Source of the DNA: Candidatus Woesearchaeota archaeon
GTDB taxonomy: Archaea > Nanobdellota > Nanobdellia > Woesearchaeales > UBA9642
Reading direction: 5' to 3'
DNA length: 64,000 bases
Assembly (NCBI GenBank): GCA_041658255.1
Contig: JBBAAQ010000001.1
Coordinates: 9,874 to 73,873, forward strand
Each line of letters begins with the position of its first letter. Position 1 is the stretch's first letter. Of this stretch, positions 26,120 through 35,837 are shown one piece after another. The notes beneath the pieces are model-generated. The model was not told the DNA's origin, made no database searches, and saw nothing but the letters and a program-made list of their open reading frames with translations. The position numbers and the translations under genes are program-made.

Positions 26120-26443
26120 TTATTCTTTTGCAGTATGTTGATGAGAATTGTACTCTTCCTTTTTTACTGCAATATCCTCTTTAATTTGATCAGAAGCATA
26201 TGTTACGGTATTCGGCTTTTTTGTTCCAGAATATTTTTCTACAGAATCCTCGAGTGACACTCCGATAATAAACAACCCTGCCGATGCTACAAGAAGCGCG
26301 ATTCCTGCAATAGCAGTGATTCCTGTACTCGGTCCTGATGCGCCGATAACATTTGCAGTGATGTCTGCATCAGTTGACAGGACAAAGAATGCTCCTGCAA
26401 AAAATCCGATAATTGATCCACCGATAGTCCATTTATAGTTCAT
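26120..26443 (-). CDS. Small two-helix membrane protein
   Basis: 107 aa, Gly/Ala-rich helices, charged C-terminal tail. Confidence 0.45.
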   Translation of the reverse strand: MNYKWTIGGSIIGFFAGAFFVLSTDADITANVIGASGPSTGITAIAGIALLVASAGLFIIGVSLEDSVEKYSGTKKPNTVTYASDQIKEDIAVKKEEYNSHQHTAKE

Positions 26444-26511
26444 ACGTTCACCTTGATTTATTGTATTTTTGCATTATATAATTATTGTATATTTATTATT
26501 TGCGATTTTTA

Positions 26512-27522
<1,011 letters not shown>

Positions 27523-27570
27523 TCAATAAGTAATAGTTAAAGAAGATGAATTTATAAATGTTATTTAGGA

Positions 27571-27906
27571 TTACTCCTTAGGGTAATATTTTTCTCTCAC
27601 TAATTCTGTTAATAGTTTTTTCTGTTCCGTGTTATTTTTTGGGTTGGTATCAAAACCTTCAAGTCGGACTTTGCCATTCCATAATGATATGACAATATAT
27701 TTTCTAACGTCGTGTTCTTTTTCAGAGATGAGCGGATTATGTCTAATTGATCTATCTTCCATAAGTTCAGTAAATGTTCCATTAAAAAATGCGTGTTTAT
27801 CATAGGATGACGGTTTTATAGCGTATGCCTGACAAAAAACTTTGTAGAATTCCCATACATCGTCCTTAGTGAGTTTTTTGATGTCAGAAACGTAAATGTC
27901 AATCAT
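27571..27906 (-). CDS. Hypothetical cytoplasmic protein
   Basis: 111 aa with ATG start. A TATA-like tttataaaaaa lies about 28 nt upstream on the minus strand. Confidence 0.5.
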   Translation of the reverse strand: MIDIYVSDIKKLTKDDVWEFYKVFCQAYAIKPSSYDKHAFFNGTFTELMEDRSIRHNPLISEKEHDVRKYIVISLWNGKVRLEGFDTNPKNNTEQKKLLTELVREKYYPKE

Positions 27907-27969
27907 GCAGATGTTTATGTTCCGCTATTTTTTATAAATGTATTTATTATTTATACTGATTTAGTTGAA

Positions 27970-28092
27970 AGACGCGTTACCGTCTTAAGGCGAACATCTT
28001 ACACAAATACTTCAAGAAAAATTTACAGAATTGCAAATGGTAAATTTTTCTATCGATAGAACAACACCAATGCGAACGACGGTAACGCGTTT
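27970..28092. other. Nested long hairpin: 13-bp outer stem enclosing an 11-bp inner stem
   Basis: Outer stem 27972-27984 acgcgttaccgtc pairs with 28078-28090 gacggtaacgcgt. Inner stem 28016-28026 gaaaaatttac pairs with 28040-28050 gtaaatttttc. Confidence 0.5.
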
Positions 28093-28118
28093 AACTTCAG
28101 AACATTGAGTAAGCAATA

Positions 28119-29417
28119 TTATTCTTCCTTTGCGACAGAAACAGTGCTGTTTTTATCCTCAATAATAAGAACGTGTTCTCCGACAATTTTTTCAAGATCG
28201 ATACGTATCTGTTCCATGATTTCTGCGTTTTTACCTGCAATCTTTTTAATCTCGAGTGCATATTTTTCTATTTCACGTTCATGGTCGCTAATACGGTCTT
28301 GCGTATTTTTTATTCCATACTGTTGTTCAGAGAGATTAAGTGATGCACTATTATGAGTGATTTTGGTCTGGACATGCTGTTTTTGCTCATGCCATTTGTT
28401 GAGCATACTTTGCTGTTCTCGAAGATAGGTTGCATTGAGTCTGTCAATGATTTCGAGTGTATGCTCGCGTTTTTTGTCTTTGAGTTCAACAGTATTATTC
28501 AGGATGCATTCTTTGACTGCAGGAAGAATGCTTACGATTTCAAGTTGCGGATCTTCAAGGAGGCCAATGCCAACATCGTCGAGGTAGAGTTTGAGGATTT
28601 TTTTATCCTGATTGCGATAATAATATTTTCGCAGTGCAGTGTCGAGTTCAGAAAAGGCATTACGTAATTCGCGCACAATGTGTTTGATCTCGTCTTCGAT
28701 TTTTGCTTTTTCATCCAGAAATCCCTGCAATGTACGATAATCTGCGCCGCCGGTGATGGTTACGATGCGTTCATTCAATTTTTTGATTTTGTCTGCATAG
28801 ACGCTGATTTGTGCTTCTTCATTTGCGATATGCTCTTTTAAATCAAGGATTTTATTGTCGTTTTCTGTGCGTTTTTTGATCTCTTCCTGGATATCTTTTA
28901 AGACTTCGATATTATTCTTCTCAAAAAAGACGCGGATATCAATAACTTTTTCTTCAATATCCACAAGCATCTTATTGATGGTCTTTAATTCTGACTTAAA
29001 AAAATGGTTGAGAATGAACATGTTTTTTTGCAGTTCCCGGCCTAATTGTTCGAGTTGTGTCGAGAAGGCAATACAATAATCATAAAGTTCGAGATATCCT
29101 TTCGGAAAATCAATCGCATCCACGAAATGCGCAACACGCTTCACATACGTATCACGATTCCCTTCCATGATCTGGATCTCCCGTTGAGGGATGTTTGGAT
29201 TCATCAAATGCTTTTTATGGAGCTGGCGTAGTTCATGTAAGGTGTCTGTCTTATGGATGTTTGTTGCACTCACGAGTTCAATAATTGTTTTGTTGAGATC
29301 GCCCATGCGCTCACGCATGAAAAAATTCATATATTTATCAATCTTCGAGAATTCAATCTCATTATAATCAGGCTTTTTAGGTTCTGTCTTAAAGAAACCC
29401 ATAAGTTTTTTGAGCAT
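28119..29417 (-). CDS. Long coiled-coil protein, function unknown
   Basis: 432 aa. Heptad-rich, E/K/L/I-rich, with no NTPase motif seen. Confidence 0.55.
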   Translation of the reverse strand: MLKKLMGFFKTEPKKPDYNEIEFSKIDKYMNFFMRERMGDLNKTIIELVSATNIHKTDTLHELRQLHKKHLMNPNIPQREIQIMEGNRDTYVKRVAHFVDAIDFPKGYLELYDYCIAFSTQLEQLGRELQKNMFILNHFFKSELKTINKMLVDIEEKVIDIRVFFEKNNIEVLKDIQEEIKKRTENDNKILDLKEHIANEEAQISVYADKIKKLNERIVTITGGADYRTLQGFLDEKAKIEDEIKHIVRELRNAFSELDTALRKYYYRNQDKKILKLYLDDVGIGLLEDPQLEIVSILPAVKECILNNTVELKDKKREHTLEIIDRLNATYLREQQSMLNKWHEQKQHVQTKITHNSASLNLSEQQYGIKNTQDRISDHEREIEKYALEIKKIAGKNAEIMEQIRIDLEKIVGEHVLIIEDKNSTVSVAKEE

Positions 29418-29496
29418 ACTGAACGGAGCGAAACGAGATTTAAAAGGGTTGTGAAAAATAAGAGTTTTTTGAATAATATGAGAGAAAAAGTCCGAT

Positions 29497-29697
29497 CTAA
29501 TCAGGGAGGTATATATCTTTACTCATATTTTCTGAGCGACCTGCTCTCAATTGATATTCTCGCCGTAGGTTTTTCATCTTTTCATTAATCTGATTATAAA
29601 TGCGGTATGATTCTTCATGTGAGAAAAGTGGCATGGCTGGCAAATTACTTTGCGTCGTTAGAATAGTGTTGGTGCATATATCGGAAATTTCAGCCAT
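29497..29697 (-). CDS. Small hypothetical protein (weak)
   Basis: 66 aa with ATG start. A TATA-like box at 29721-29730 on the minus strand lies about 30 nt upstream. Confidence 0.3.
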   Translation of the reverse strand: MAEISDICTNTILTTQSNLPAMPLFSHEESYRIYNQINEKMKNLRREYQLRAGRSENMSKDIYLPD

Positions 29698-29720
29698 ACT
29701 TAGGCTATTGTTGATATACT

Positions 29721-29749
29721 ATTTATATTTTTCTAAAACATTTATAAAA
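29721..29749. promoter_or_regulatory. Back-to-back divergent TATA boxes
   Basis: atttatattt (29721-29730, serving minus-strand ATG 29697) and tttataaaa (29741-29749, serving plus-strand ATG 29771). Each is about 30 nt from its ATG, consistent with leaderless transcripts. Confidence 0.45.
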
Positions 29750-29770
29750 CCCGGCGTGTTTTATATCTTT

Positions 29771-30082
29771 ATGCACATGATGCGTCGTAAAAAACAGGAT
29801 GCACAGAAAACAATTGCACTCGAACGTATCAGTACACTCTTTAAAGAGGCAGAATCACAATTTAAGGAATATCCGGAACTGAGTCGTAGATATATGGTTC
29901 TTGCGACTCGTATGGCTGAACGATACAAAGTACATCTGACAAAAGATCAGAAGCGTAAATGCTGCAAAAAGTGTCATGCGTATTTGGTGCAAGGTGTTAA
30001 TAGTCGTATCCGTTTACAACACGGAATCCTCGTCATCCGATGTCTTGAATGTAATCAGTTGAGACGATTGAAATATAAATAG
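29771..30082 (+). CDS. rnp4: RNase P protein component 4 (Rpp21/Rpr2 family)
   Basis: IALERISTLFKEAE...SRRYMVLATRMAERYKVHL...CCKKCHAYLVQGVNSRIRL...IRCLECNQLRRLKY zinc ribbon. Start moved to the internal ATG at 29771 downstream of the TATA. Confidence 0.85.
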   Translation: MHMMRRKKQDAQKTIALERISTLFKEAESQFKEYPELSRRYMVLATRMAERYKVHLTKDQKRKCCKKCHAYLVQGVNSRIRLQHGILVIRCLECNQLRRLKYK

Positions 30083-30594
30083 GGTTTGAGCGGGGCTATC
30101 TGTAGAAATAATAATTTTGTGGGTCTCTCGCAGGCCTACGAAATCATTATTTTCTCAAAAAAATATGATTATATAATCAAAACAGAAAAATTTATATGGC
30201 TTGTTGCTTCAATCCTCCTATTATGCAAGAAAACTTATTTAATCAATTTCAAAATTTGTTGGGAAATGCGGGGAGATGTATTGATCAAAGACTTTCATAT
30301 GGTCTCAACTCTTTCGTGAATGTAAAAATTTTCAGGTTGAATGGAATGCCTATTATTCCAACAACACCTGTACAAGAAACAAAGATGACATTGACTTGGG
30401 TGTGTCCTTCATCTGGCGGCAGGATTGTTGGAGTGGACAACCATGAAAATAAGCCGCTACATGTGCATGTCTCTGGAACTCAATTATTCTTGGCGGGTTC
30501 TCAGAACGTCGCTTCTGCTGGTTCGTATGTCTTTTTACATCTTTTGTAACTCATTCTCCGAGTTCACTTTATATATTCGTATCGCGCGGAGCTA

Positions 30595-30933
30595 TCAAAA
30601 TCCTTCTTCTCCTAAGCTTCGCAGGACTGTTTTTATCTCGTCTATGGTTTCCTGTTGGTTTTTCTTTTCAGACATGCGAACAAATTTGATGATCAAATCC
30701 TTGAGTTCTGTTGATTTTAAGAATTTTATTTTATATCCATCAGTAATACAATAGAATCGGAACTTTCCATATTTTACCTCTTTGATGAGTATGTTTCCTA
30801 CGGTACTGATGTCTTTGCCTTTATGCGGATTGTCTTCAAGAGATAGTAATAATACAAATATTTCTATGGATTGTTTTTTGAATTTCTTGTTTATTTCTTC
30901 TTCAAGAGTCGGAGTAATTATTACTTTTGCCAT
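30595..30933 (-). CDS. RelE/ParE-like toxin candidate
   Basis: 112 aa. Overlaps the upstream small gene by 13 nt. ...GKDISTVGNILIKEVKYGKFRFYCITDG resembles RelE-fold toxins. Tentative. Confidence 0.4.
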   Translation of the reverse strand: MAKVIITPTLEEEINKKFKKQSIEIFVLLLSLEDNPHKGKDISTVGNILIKEVKYGKFRFYCITDGYKIKFLKSTELKDLIIKFVRMSEKKNQQETIDEIKTVLRSLGEEGF

Positions 30934-31133
30934 CTTTTCTTTGCTTTTGCGATAGCTTCTTCAATAGGGATGCAATTTGTTTCATCCATTAATAATTCTC
31001 GTAATTGTCGCTCTTTTGCGCTATTCAATAATTTAGCGAGTATATCGTCGTATGTCTCGCCCTTATTTCCCAACTCTTTAATCTGATCCCTTATTTCGGG
31101 AGATATTGCAATTGTGGTATTCATCATGATCAC
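30921..31133 (-). CDS. Antitoxin-like small protein
   Basis: 70 aa. TIAISPEIRDQIKELGNKGETYDDILAKLL is typical of small archaeal antitoxin-like proteins. Paired with the downstream toxin candidate. Confidence 0.4.
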   Translation of the reverse strand: MIMMNTTIAISPEIRDQIKELGNKGETYDDILAKLLNSAKERQLRELLMDETNCIPIEEAIAKAKKRWQK

Positions 31134-31218
31134 CTATAATGGATATAATTATTATAATAGTTATAGCTATTATATAAATATTGTGTTTTTAAGGCATAGG
31201 TATCGTAGATTGGCAATT

Positions 31219-31674
31219 CTATTTATCAAGAAATTCTTTAATGGAATATTTTGGTTTTTGCCCGTATCCATACGCTTTTGGTTGATATAATTCTTTGAAG
31301 AATTTGAAGAGTGCATGATCTTTTTGGAATTGATCTAATGGTTTGTTTAATTCCATGACAAAACAACATCCAACACCGTCCCATTCAGAAGTTTCACCGA
31401 CAAGATTGGTGGCGGGAATCTTAAAGTCGTCTCGAATCTGAAGATATACTCCGTCAGTATAATTTACACTCGCATCGTCTTCACACTGTTTGAATTCTGC
31501 CCTTTGTAATCTCTTTTCTAATTCTCTCTTTACGTTTTGAGTCGTAAAAAATTCTTCGTAATCGAATGATCGGTTTTGCGCGAACATATCATATACATCT
31601 TGCAGTTTCATATCTTGCGTATACACACCGAATTTAAAAATGTTTTTATTTATTTTCCACTTAGCAATAGTCAC
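31219..31674 (-). CDS. Hypothetical cytoplasmic protein
   Basis: 151 aa with ATG start. No motif recognised. Confidence 0.5.
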   Translation of the reverse strand: MTIAKWKINKNIFKFGVYTQDMKLQDVYDMFAQNRSFDYEEFFTTQNVKRELEKRLQRAEFKQCEDDASVNYTDGVYLQIRDDFKIPATNLVGETSEWDGVGCCFVMELNKPLDQFQKDHALFKFFKELYQPKAYGYGQKPKYSIKEFLDK

Positions 31675-31893
31675 AAAACCACAACATTTATAAATAAATC
31701 ATTACTGTTTAGTGGATACTCAAAAATACTTATTGAGGTTGAGCACATGAAAGAATATACATCAGAACATGAAACCGAATTTTCATTCGATGAAGTCAAA
31801 GGAGAAGCAGGAAAAAAGCCAAAGATGGCAATCCTGAATAAAAGCCACATCTCCAAATATGAAATGGACGATCTCTTTTTATCAGAGGAATAG

Positions 31894-32280
31894 ATGCAAA
31901 ACGGAAAATACGTCGTTCTTGTCGTAGATGATTATCCTGATACCTGTCGAATTCTGAATAAATGGTTGTCGCGAGCAGGATATACTACTCTTAAAGCATC
32001 AGATGGTCAAGAAGCAATAGATATCTGTAGAGCAGACATAACTAATACTATTGATGTTGTTCTTATGGATATTAGTATGCCCATTATAGGCGGTATAGAA
32101 GCATTACAGCGTATCAAAGCATTCAGAAATGAATTACCTATTATTGCACAAACCGTACAGTGTATGCATGGTGATAAAGAGCGGTTTCTTGCTTTAGGAT
32201 TTGACGATTATATCGGAAAACCATCTGATGATAACACCGTATCCCAAAAAATAGCGCGCTATACCTCTCTCAAAGATTAA
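31894..32280 (+). CDS. Stand-alone response regulator receiver (CheY-like)
   Basis: VVLVVDDYPD...DVVLMDISMPIIGG...PIIAQTV...GFDDYIGKP carries the phospho-acceptor Asp and the conserved T/K positions. Confidence 0.85.
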   Translation: MQNGKYVVLVVDDYPDTCRILNKWLSRAGYTTLKASDGQEAIDICRADITNTIDVVLMDISMPIIGGIEALQRIKAFRNELPIIAQTVQCMHGDKERFLALGFDDYIGKPSDDNTVSQKIARYTSLKD

Positions 32281-32321
32281 TTTTCATAACCCTTAAAAAC
32301 AGTATTCTATTCCCTTTGGGT

Positions 32322-32939
32322 ATGACGCTTACACGAACACCCATCGCATCTGGCGCAGAATCAATTATTTATATTAATAGCGAAGATCAGATTGAAAAAG
32401 ATCGTATACCAAAACCTTATCGCATCCCGGAAATTGACAGATCATTACGAACATCGCGAACAAAGCGCGAAGCAAAAATTCTACAAAAACTCACAATGCT
32501 AAAAATTCCTGTTCCTAAATTACTCTCGGTAAAATCTGATTGTATTGTAATGGAGAACATTGAAGGTATCCAACTCAAAAAAATTCTTGACACAGAACCA
32601 TTTCTTGCAAAACGCATTGGCGAGCATCTTGCGCGTATGCACGATCATCATATCATCCATGGGGATCTTACGACGTCAAATATGATACTCAATCATTCAA
32701 CATCTACTCCAGAACTGTATTTTATCGATTTCGGATTAAGTTTTATTTCGGCGCGCATAGAAGATAAGGCAGTTGATATTCATCTTTTCAAGCAGGCCCT
32801 TGAAAGCAAACATTTCACAGTCGATAAAGAAGCCTACCGCTTTTTTCTTGAAGGGTATCATTTGAAAGATCGTGATGAGATATTGCAGCGACTTGAAGAA
32901 GTAGAAACCCGTGGACGTTATAAGGAGAAATTCTCATGA
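32322..32939 (+). CDS. bud32: Bud32/PRPK atypical kinase (KEOPS subunit)
   Basis: IASGAESIIY, catalytic HGDLTTSNMIL, FIDFGLS. ATG 32322 preferred over TTG 32316. Confidence 0.85.
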   Translation: MTLTRTPIASGAESIIYINSEDQIEKDRIPKPYRIPEIDRSLRTSRTKREAKILQKLTMLKIPVPKLLSVKSDCIVMENIEGIQLKKILDTEPFLAKRIGEHLARMHDHHIIHGDLTTSNMILNHSTSTPELYFIDFGLSFISARIEDKAVDIHLFKQALESKHFTVDKEAYRFFLEGYHLKDRDEILQRLEEVETRGRYKEKFS

Positions 32940-34792
32940 ATGTTATTCGTATAGTATTCGGATTATGTATTGTATTGATATTATTATCTCCCGTAAGTTT
33001 TGCTTACATTGAATCAGGGCATATTTCGCTGCTTACCGTTGCTGAAGGGAAGAATGCGACTGCATATGGGGGAGTTGCAGACTTATACCTTTCTATAAAA
33101 CCAGGAACAGGAAGAATATTTATTGATTCATATCCTTTATCCAAAATAGATACGCAGATCACCACAAGATTTGCTGCAGAAATTGCCTGTGATTTTCTTG
33201 ATAGGGATTGTTCGCATGATGATTTTTTCTATACCATCAAAGCAAATTCTGCGCTTGTCGGTGGTCCCAGTGCGGGCGCTGCAACAACTGTTCTTACAGT
33301 CGCCATGCTTGACAATCAAAAATTGAAAGATACGCAAGTGGTCATGACCGGAACCATTAATTCTGGAAATCTCATTGGTCCGGTATCGGGAATTGTGCCG
33401 AAGACCACTGCTGCGGCAGATAAAGGATTTAGTGTTGTTCTTGTTCCCCAATGGGATCTTGATAATGAAACTGTGCAAAATCTTACGGCAATTAATATTA
33501 CTGTTATTCCTGTTTCAAAACTTGAGGATGCACTCTATTATTTTACTGGAAAAAATTATTCTAAACCCGACACTGCGCTTTCTTCAGACAAAGAATACAC
33601 GACGTATATGAAAGAGATCACTAAAGATTTGTGTACGCAGTATGGCTGGATAGAAAATAATACCCTCATACTCCCCAACCTTTCACGAATCATCGAGTAT
33701 GACGCAAATACCCGCGCACCCTTAACATCTGAAGATATCAATAATTCAATCATACCGGTAAATTTTTCATCGTCAACAAATAGTACGAATGCATCCCTTG
33801 TTTCGAAGGATCAATTTGTGCGCGCTATTGACGCAATCCATAATCAAGAATATTACAGCGCAGCAAGTTTCTGTTTTGCAGGTAATGTGCGCATCACTGC
33901 AGATATGCTGAGGAATGTCTCGAAGAAGAAATTGAAAATTGCATATATGGAAGTGTTTACGAATATTTCTGATTTCGAAAAACAGTTTGCCGTGGAATCT
34001 AAAGATATTACGCGTATTTCTCAACTCGAAACAACAGTCATCGTTAAAGAGCGGCTTTCAGATGCAAAAAAATCACTCACTGATCAGTCCTACGATAATT
34101 TATCTTCTGCGCAAGTTGCCTATGCAAAGGAACGATTCACTACTGCAGTCGTATGGTCGAGGTTTATGGGCCTTCAGGGAAAGGAATTTGTACTTGACCA
34201 AGGATCATTACAAATAGTCTGTCTCAAAAAAATTGGTGAAGCAGAAGAACGTACGAATTATCTGGAACTCTTTTTCCCGACTGCAGCTGCACGCGACGGA
34301 CTCGATGAGGCATACCGGTATTATAATGCAGAGGATTATGCATCCTGTATTTTTTCTGCATCAAAAGCAAAAGCTGATGCGAATGTCGTCTTAGGAGCGC
34401 TTTTTGTTCCGAAAGAAAATATCAACGAATACCTCGATGAGAAATTGTCTGCAGCGCGAAATGTTATTAATACCCAATCAGAAAAAAATATCTTTCCAAT
34501 CCTTGGCTATAGTTATTATGAATATGCGCAGACACTTCGTAAGGTCGATCCTTATTCTGCGCTTATCTATGCAGAGTATAGCTTAGAACTCAGTAATCTT
34601 GACATGTATTTTCCTGCAAAAAAATCATTTACATTGCCTATTGATTGGCTTATGATTTCCGTATTTGGTGCAGGAGTCGGCTTTGGTATTGTGTTAATTA
34701 TTCTTATTCTTCTTATAGTTCGACGAAAAAAGATGTATACTCAATCTGTGGTGGTAAAGAATAAAGTTAATAGAACGCAACGGAAAAAATAA
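32936..34792 (+). CDS. Exported Lon-like S16 serine protease domain protein with a helical C-terminal region and a TM anchor
   Basis: Signal peptide. SALVGGPSAGAATTVLTVAMLDNQKL...VMTGTINSGNLIGPVSGIVPKTTAAADKGF matches the Ser-Lys dyad context. C-terminal TM plus RRKK. Confidence 0.7.
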   Translation: MNVIRIVFGLCIVLILLSPVSFAYIESGHISLLTVAEGKNATAYGGVADLYLSIKPGTGRIFIDSYPLSKIDTQITTRFAAEIACDFLDRDCSHDDFFYTIKANSALVGGPSAGAATTVLTVAMLDNQKLKDTQVVMTGTINSGNLIGPVSGIVPKTTAAADKGFSVVLVPQWDLDNETVQNLTAINITVIPVSKLEDALYYFTGKNYSKPDTALSSDKEYTTYMKEITKDLCTQYGWIENNTLILPNLSRIIEYDANTRAPLTSEDINNSIIPVNFSSSTNSTNASLVSKDQFVRAIDAIHNQEYYSAASFCFAGNVRITADMLRNVSKKKLKIAYMEVFTNISDFEKQFAVESKDITRISQLETTVIVKERLSDAKKSLTDQSYDNLSSAQVAYAKERFTTAVVWSRFMGLQGKEFVLDQGSLQIVCLKKIGEAEERTNYLELFFPTAAARDGLDEAYRYYNAEDYASCIFSASKAKADANVVLGALFVPKENINEYLDEKLSAARNVINTQSEKNIFPILGYSYYEYAQTLRKVDPYSALIYAEYSLELSNLDMYFPAKKSFTLPIDWLMISVFGAGVGFGIVLIILILLIVRRKKMYTQSVVVKNKVNRTQRKK

Positions 34793-34999
34793 ACAGTGCA
34801 GAGAAAAATTAATTCTCAAGAATAATAATAAACCCGAAAAAACCCTCGATTGCTCGAGAGCTTTCCCGGGAAAAAGAGGTGAGTAGTAGTTAAGAATATG
34901 TGCACCTCAATGATGAATTGATAATGTGCTACTGCTATTTAAAGGTTGTGGTTTGTAACTATTTAGAAATGAAGAAAATATTTGCAAAATCGTGACAAG

Positions 35000-35260
35000 A
35001 TGGTGACGAAAACTACAGCAAATCATAAATTGTATAAATTCGAACAGTTTAGGGTTAGTATGCCGCGTAAAAAAAAGAAATCAGTCGTACATAAACCATT
35101 GAATGAATTCTATACTGAAGAGCAACGCAAAGAACTAGCATTACATAAGAAACGCGAACATCACCGCAAGACGCAGGAACAGATTGAAACGGACATTTTT
35201 GAACATATTAAAGAACATACGAAGAAAGTGTTGAAACAACAGAATTCCACTCATCTATGA
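35000..35260 (+). CDS. Small highly basic protein (weak); its 3' end runs into repeat copy 1
   Basis: The ORF is 86 aa from ATG 35000. Lys/Arg/His-rich. The last 8 codons lie inside the 155-nt repeat. Confidence 0.3.
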   Translation: MVTKTTANHKLYKFEQFRVSMPRKKKKSVVHKPLNEFYTEEQRKELALHKKREHHRKTQEQIETDIFEHIKEHTKKVLKQQNSTHL

Positions 35261-35388
35261 TGGGTGGTCGAAGTGGAATCTGTTGTGCTCAGGAATCACC
35301 GGTCGTGGAATTCTGAGCGTCAAGAACCACATAATATTTAATTAACTAAGCAGTCATGCCACTGGTCTGTGACTGGTGGTTCTTGACA
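35234..35388 (+). repeat. GC-rich structured 155-nt element, copy 1 (candidate ncRNA or 3'-UTR element)
   Basis: 148/155 identical to 51777-51931. Perfect helices: 35240-35250/35305-35315 (11 bp) and 35319-35330/35376-35387 (12 bp). Inner hairpin 35359-35367/35371-35379. Confidence 0.8.
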
Positions 35389-35420
35389 GAAAGAAAGGAA
35401 AAGAAATAAATGTGCGTTAT

Positions 35421-35837
35421 TTATGCACGCTCTTTTACCCAATCGATAAACCTTGTTGTACGATCGACATAATATCTTCCCGTAACTTTAAGCATATCTC
35501 CAAATGCAAGTCCTGTGGATTTCTCTTGATCTTTGACTAATGCATACATCATTAAAACATCTGCAACTGTTTCCAAACCGCCTAATGCTGCCATTCCGAT
35601 GGTTGGTGCTTTTAGTGTACTACTTATTCCTGAAAGTGTATCTATGGCGCCAAAGCCCATTGCGTATCCGCGTAGTTCTTCTCTTAACTCTTTTTGACCG
35701 GCATTATTATCGTCGCTTGCTTTTAATGCAAGTCCTGCAGCTCCACCAATAAAATTACCGGGAAGATTTACGATTGATGCAGCGATATTTGCTCCATAAA
35801 TAATATGGTTTTTAGTGTCTTGTTTCATTTTTTTCAT
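35421..35837 (-). CDS. Gly/Ala-rich amphipathic protein, function unknown
   Basis: 138 aa. GANIAASIVNLPGNFIGGAAGLALKA and GFGAIDTLSGISS...IGMAALGGLETV are glycine-zipper-like segments. Last gene of a 4-gene unit. Confidence 0.5.
   Translation of the reverse strand: MKKMKQDTKNHIIYGANIAASIVNLPGNFIGGAAGLALKASDDNNAGQKELREELRGYAMGFGAIDTLSGISSTLKAPTIGMAALGGLETVADVLMMYALVKDQEKSTGLAFGDMLKVTGRYYVDRTTRFIDWVKERA

Noticed and set aside
30083-30594. RNase P RNA or SRP RNA next to the Rpp21 gene.
   Set aside because: Only fragments resembling GAAAGUC and GGCUUAU occur, on the minus strand and in the wrong 5'-3' order. No P4-type pairing or SRP helix-8 motif was found.
31747-31893. 48-aa ORF ending immediately before the response-regulator ATG.
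   Set aside because: I found no SD and no recognisable motif. It overlaps the promoter region of the divergent gene 31219..31674, and support is too weak to call.
35256-35316. Reading the repeat as a C/D-box sRNA (aTGATGg ... CTGA).
   Set aside because: The C-to-D spacing leaves about 23 nt after any C'-like site rather than about 12. No credible D'/C' pair exists, and the terminal stem is on the wrong side of the boxes.
35240-35387. Reading the six GAA(TT)CCAC / GTGGAA motifs as origin recognition boxes (ORB-like TTCCA..TGGAA) flanking an AT-rich DUE.
   Set aside because: There is only half-site resemblance and no orc1/cdc6 gene nearby. The element occurs twice in the 3' regions of genes. 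I mention it only as an alternative under the repeat finding.
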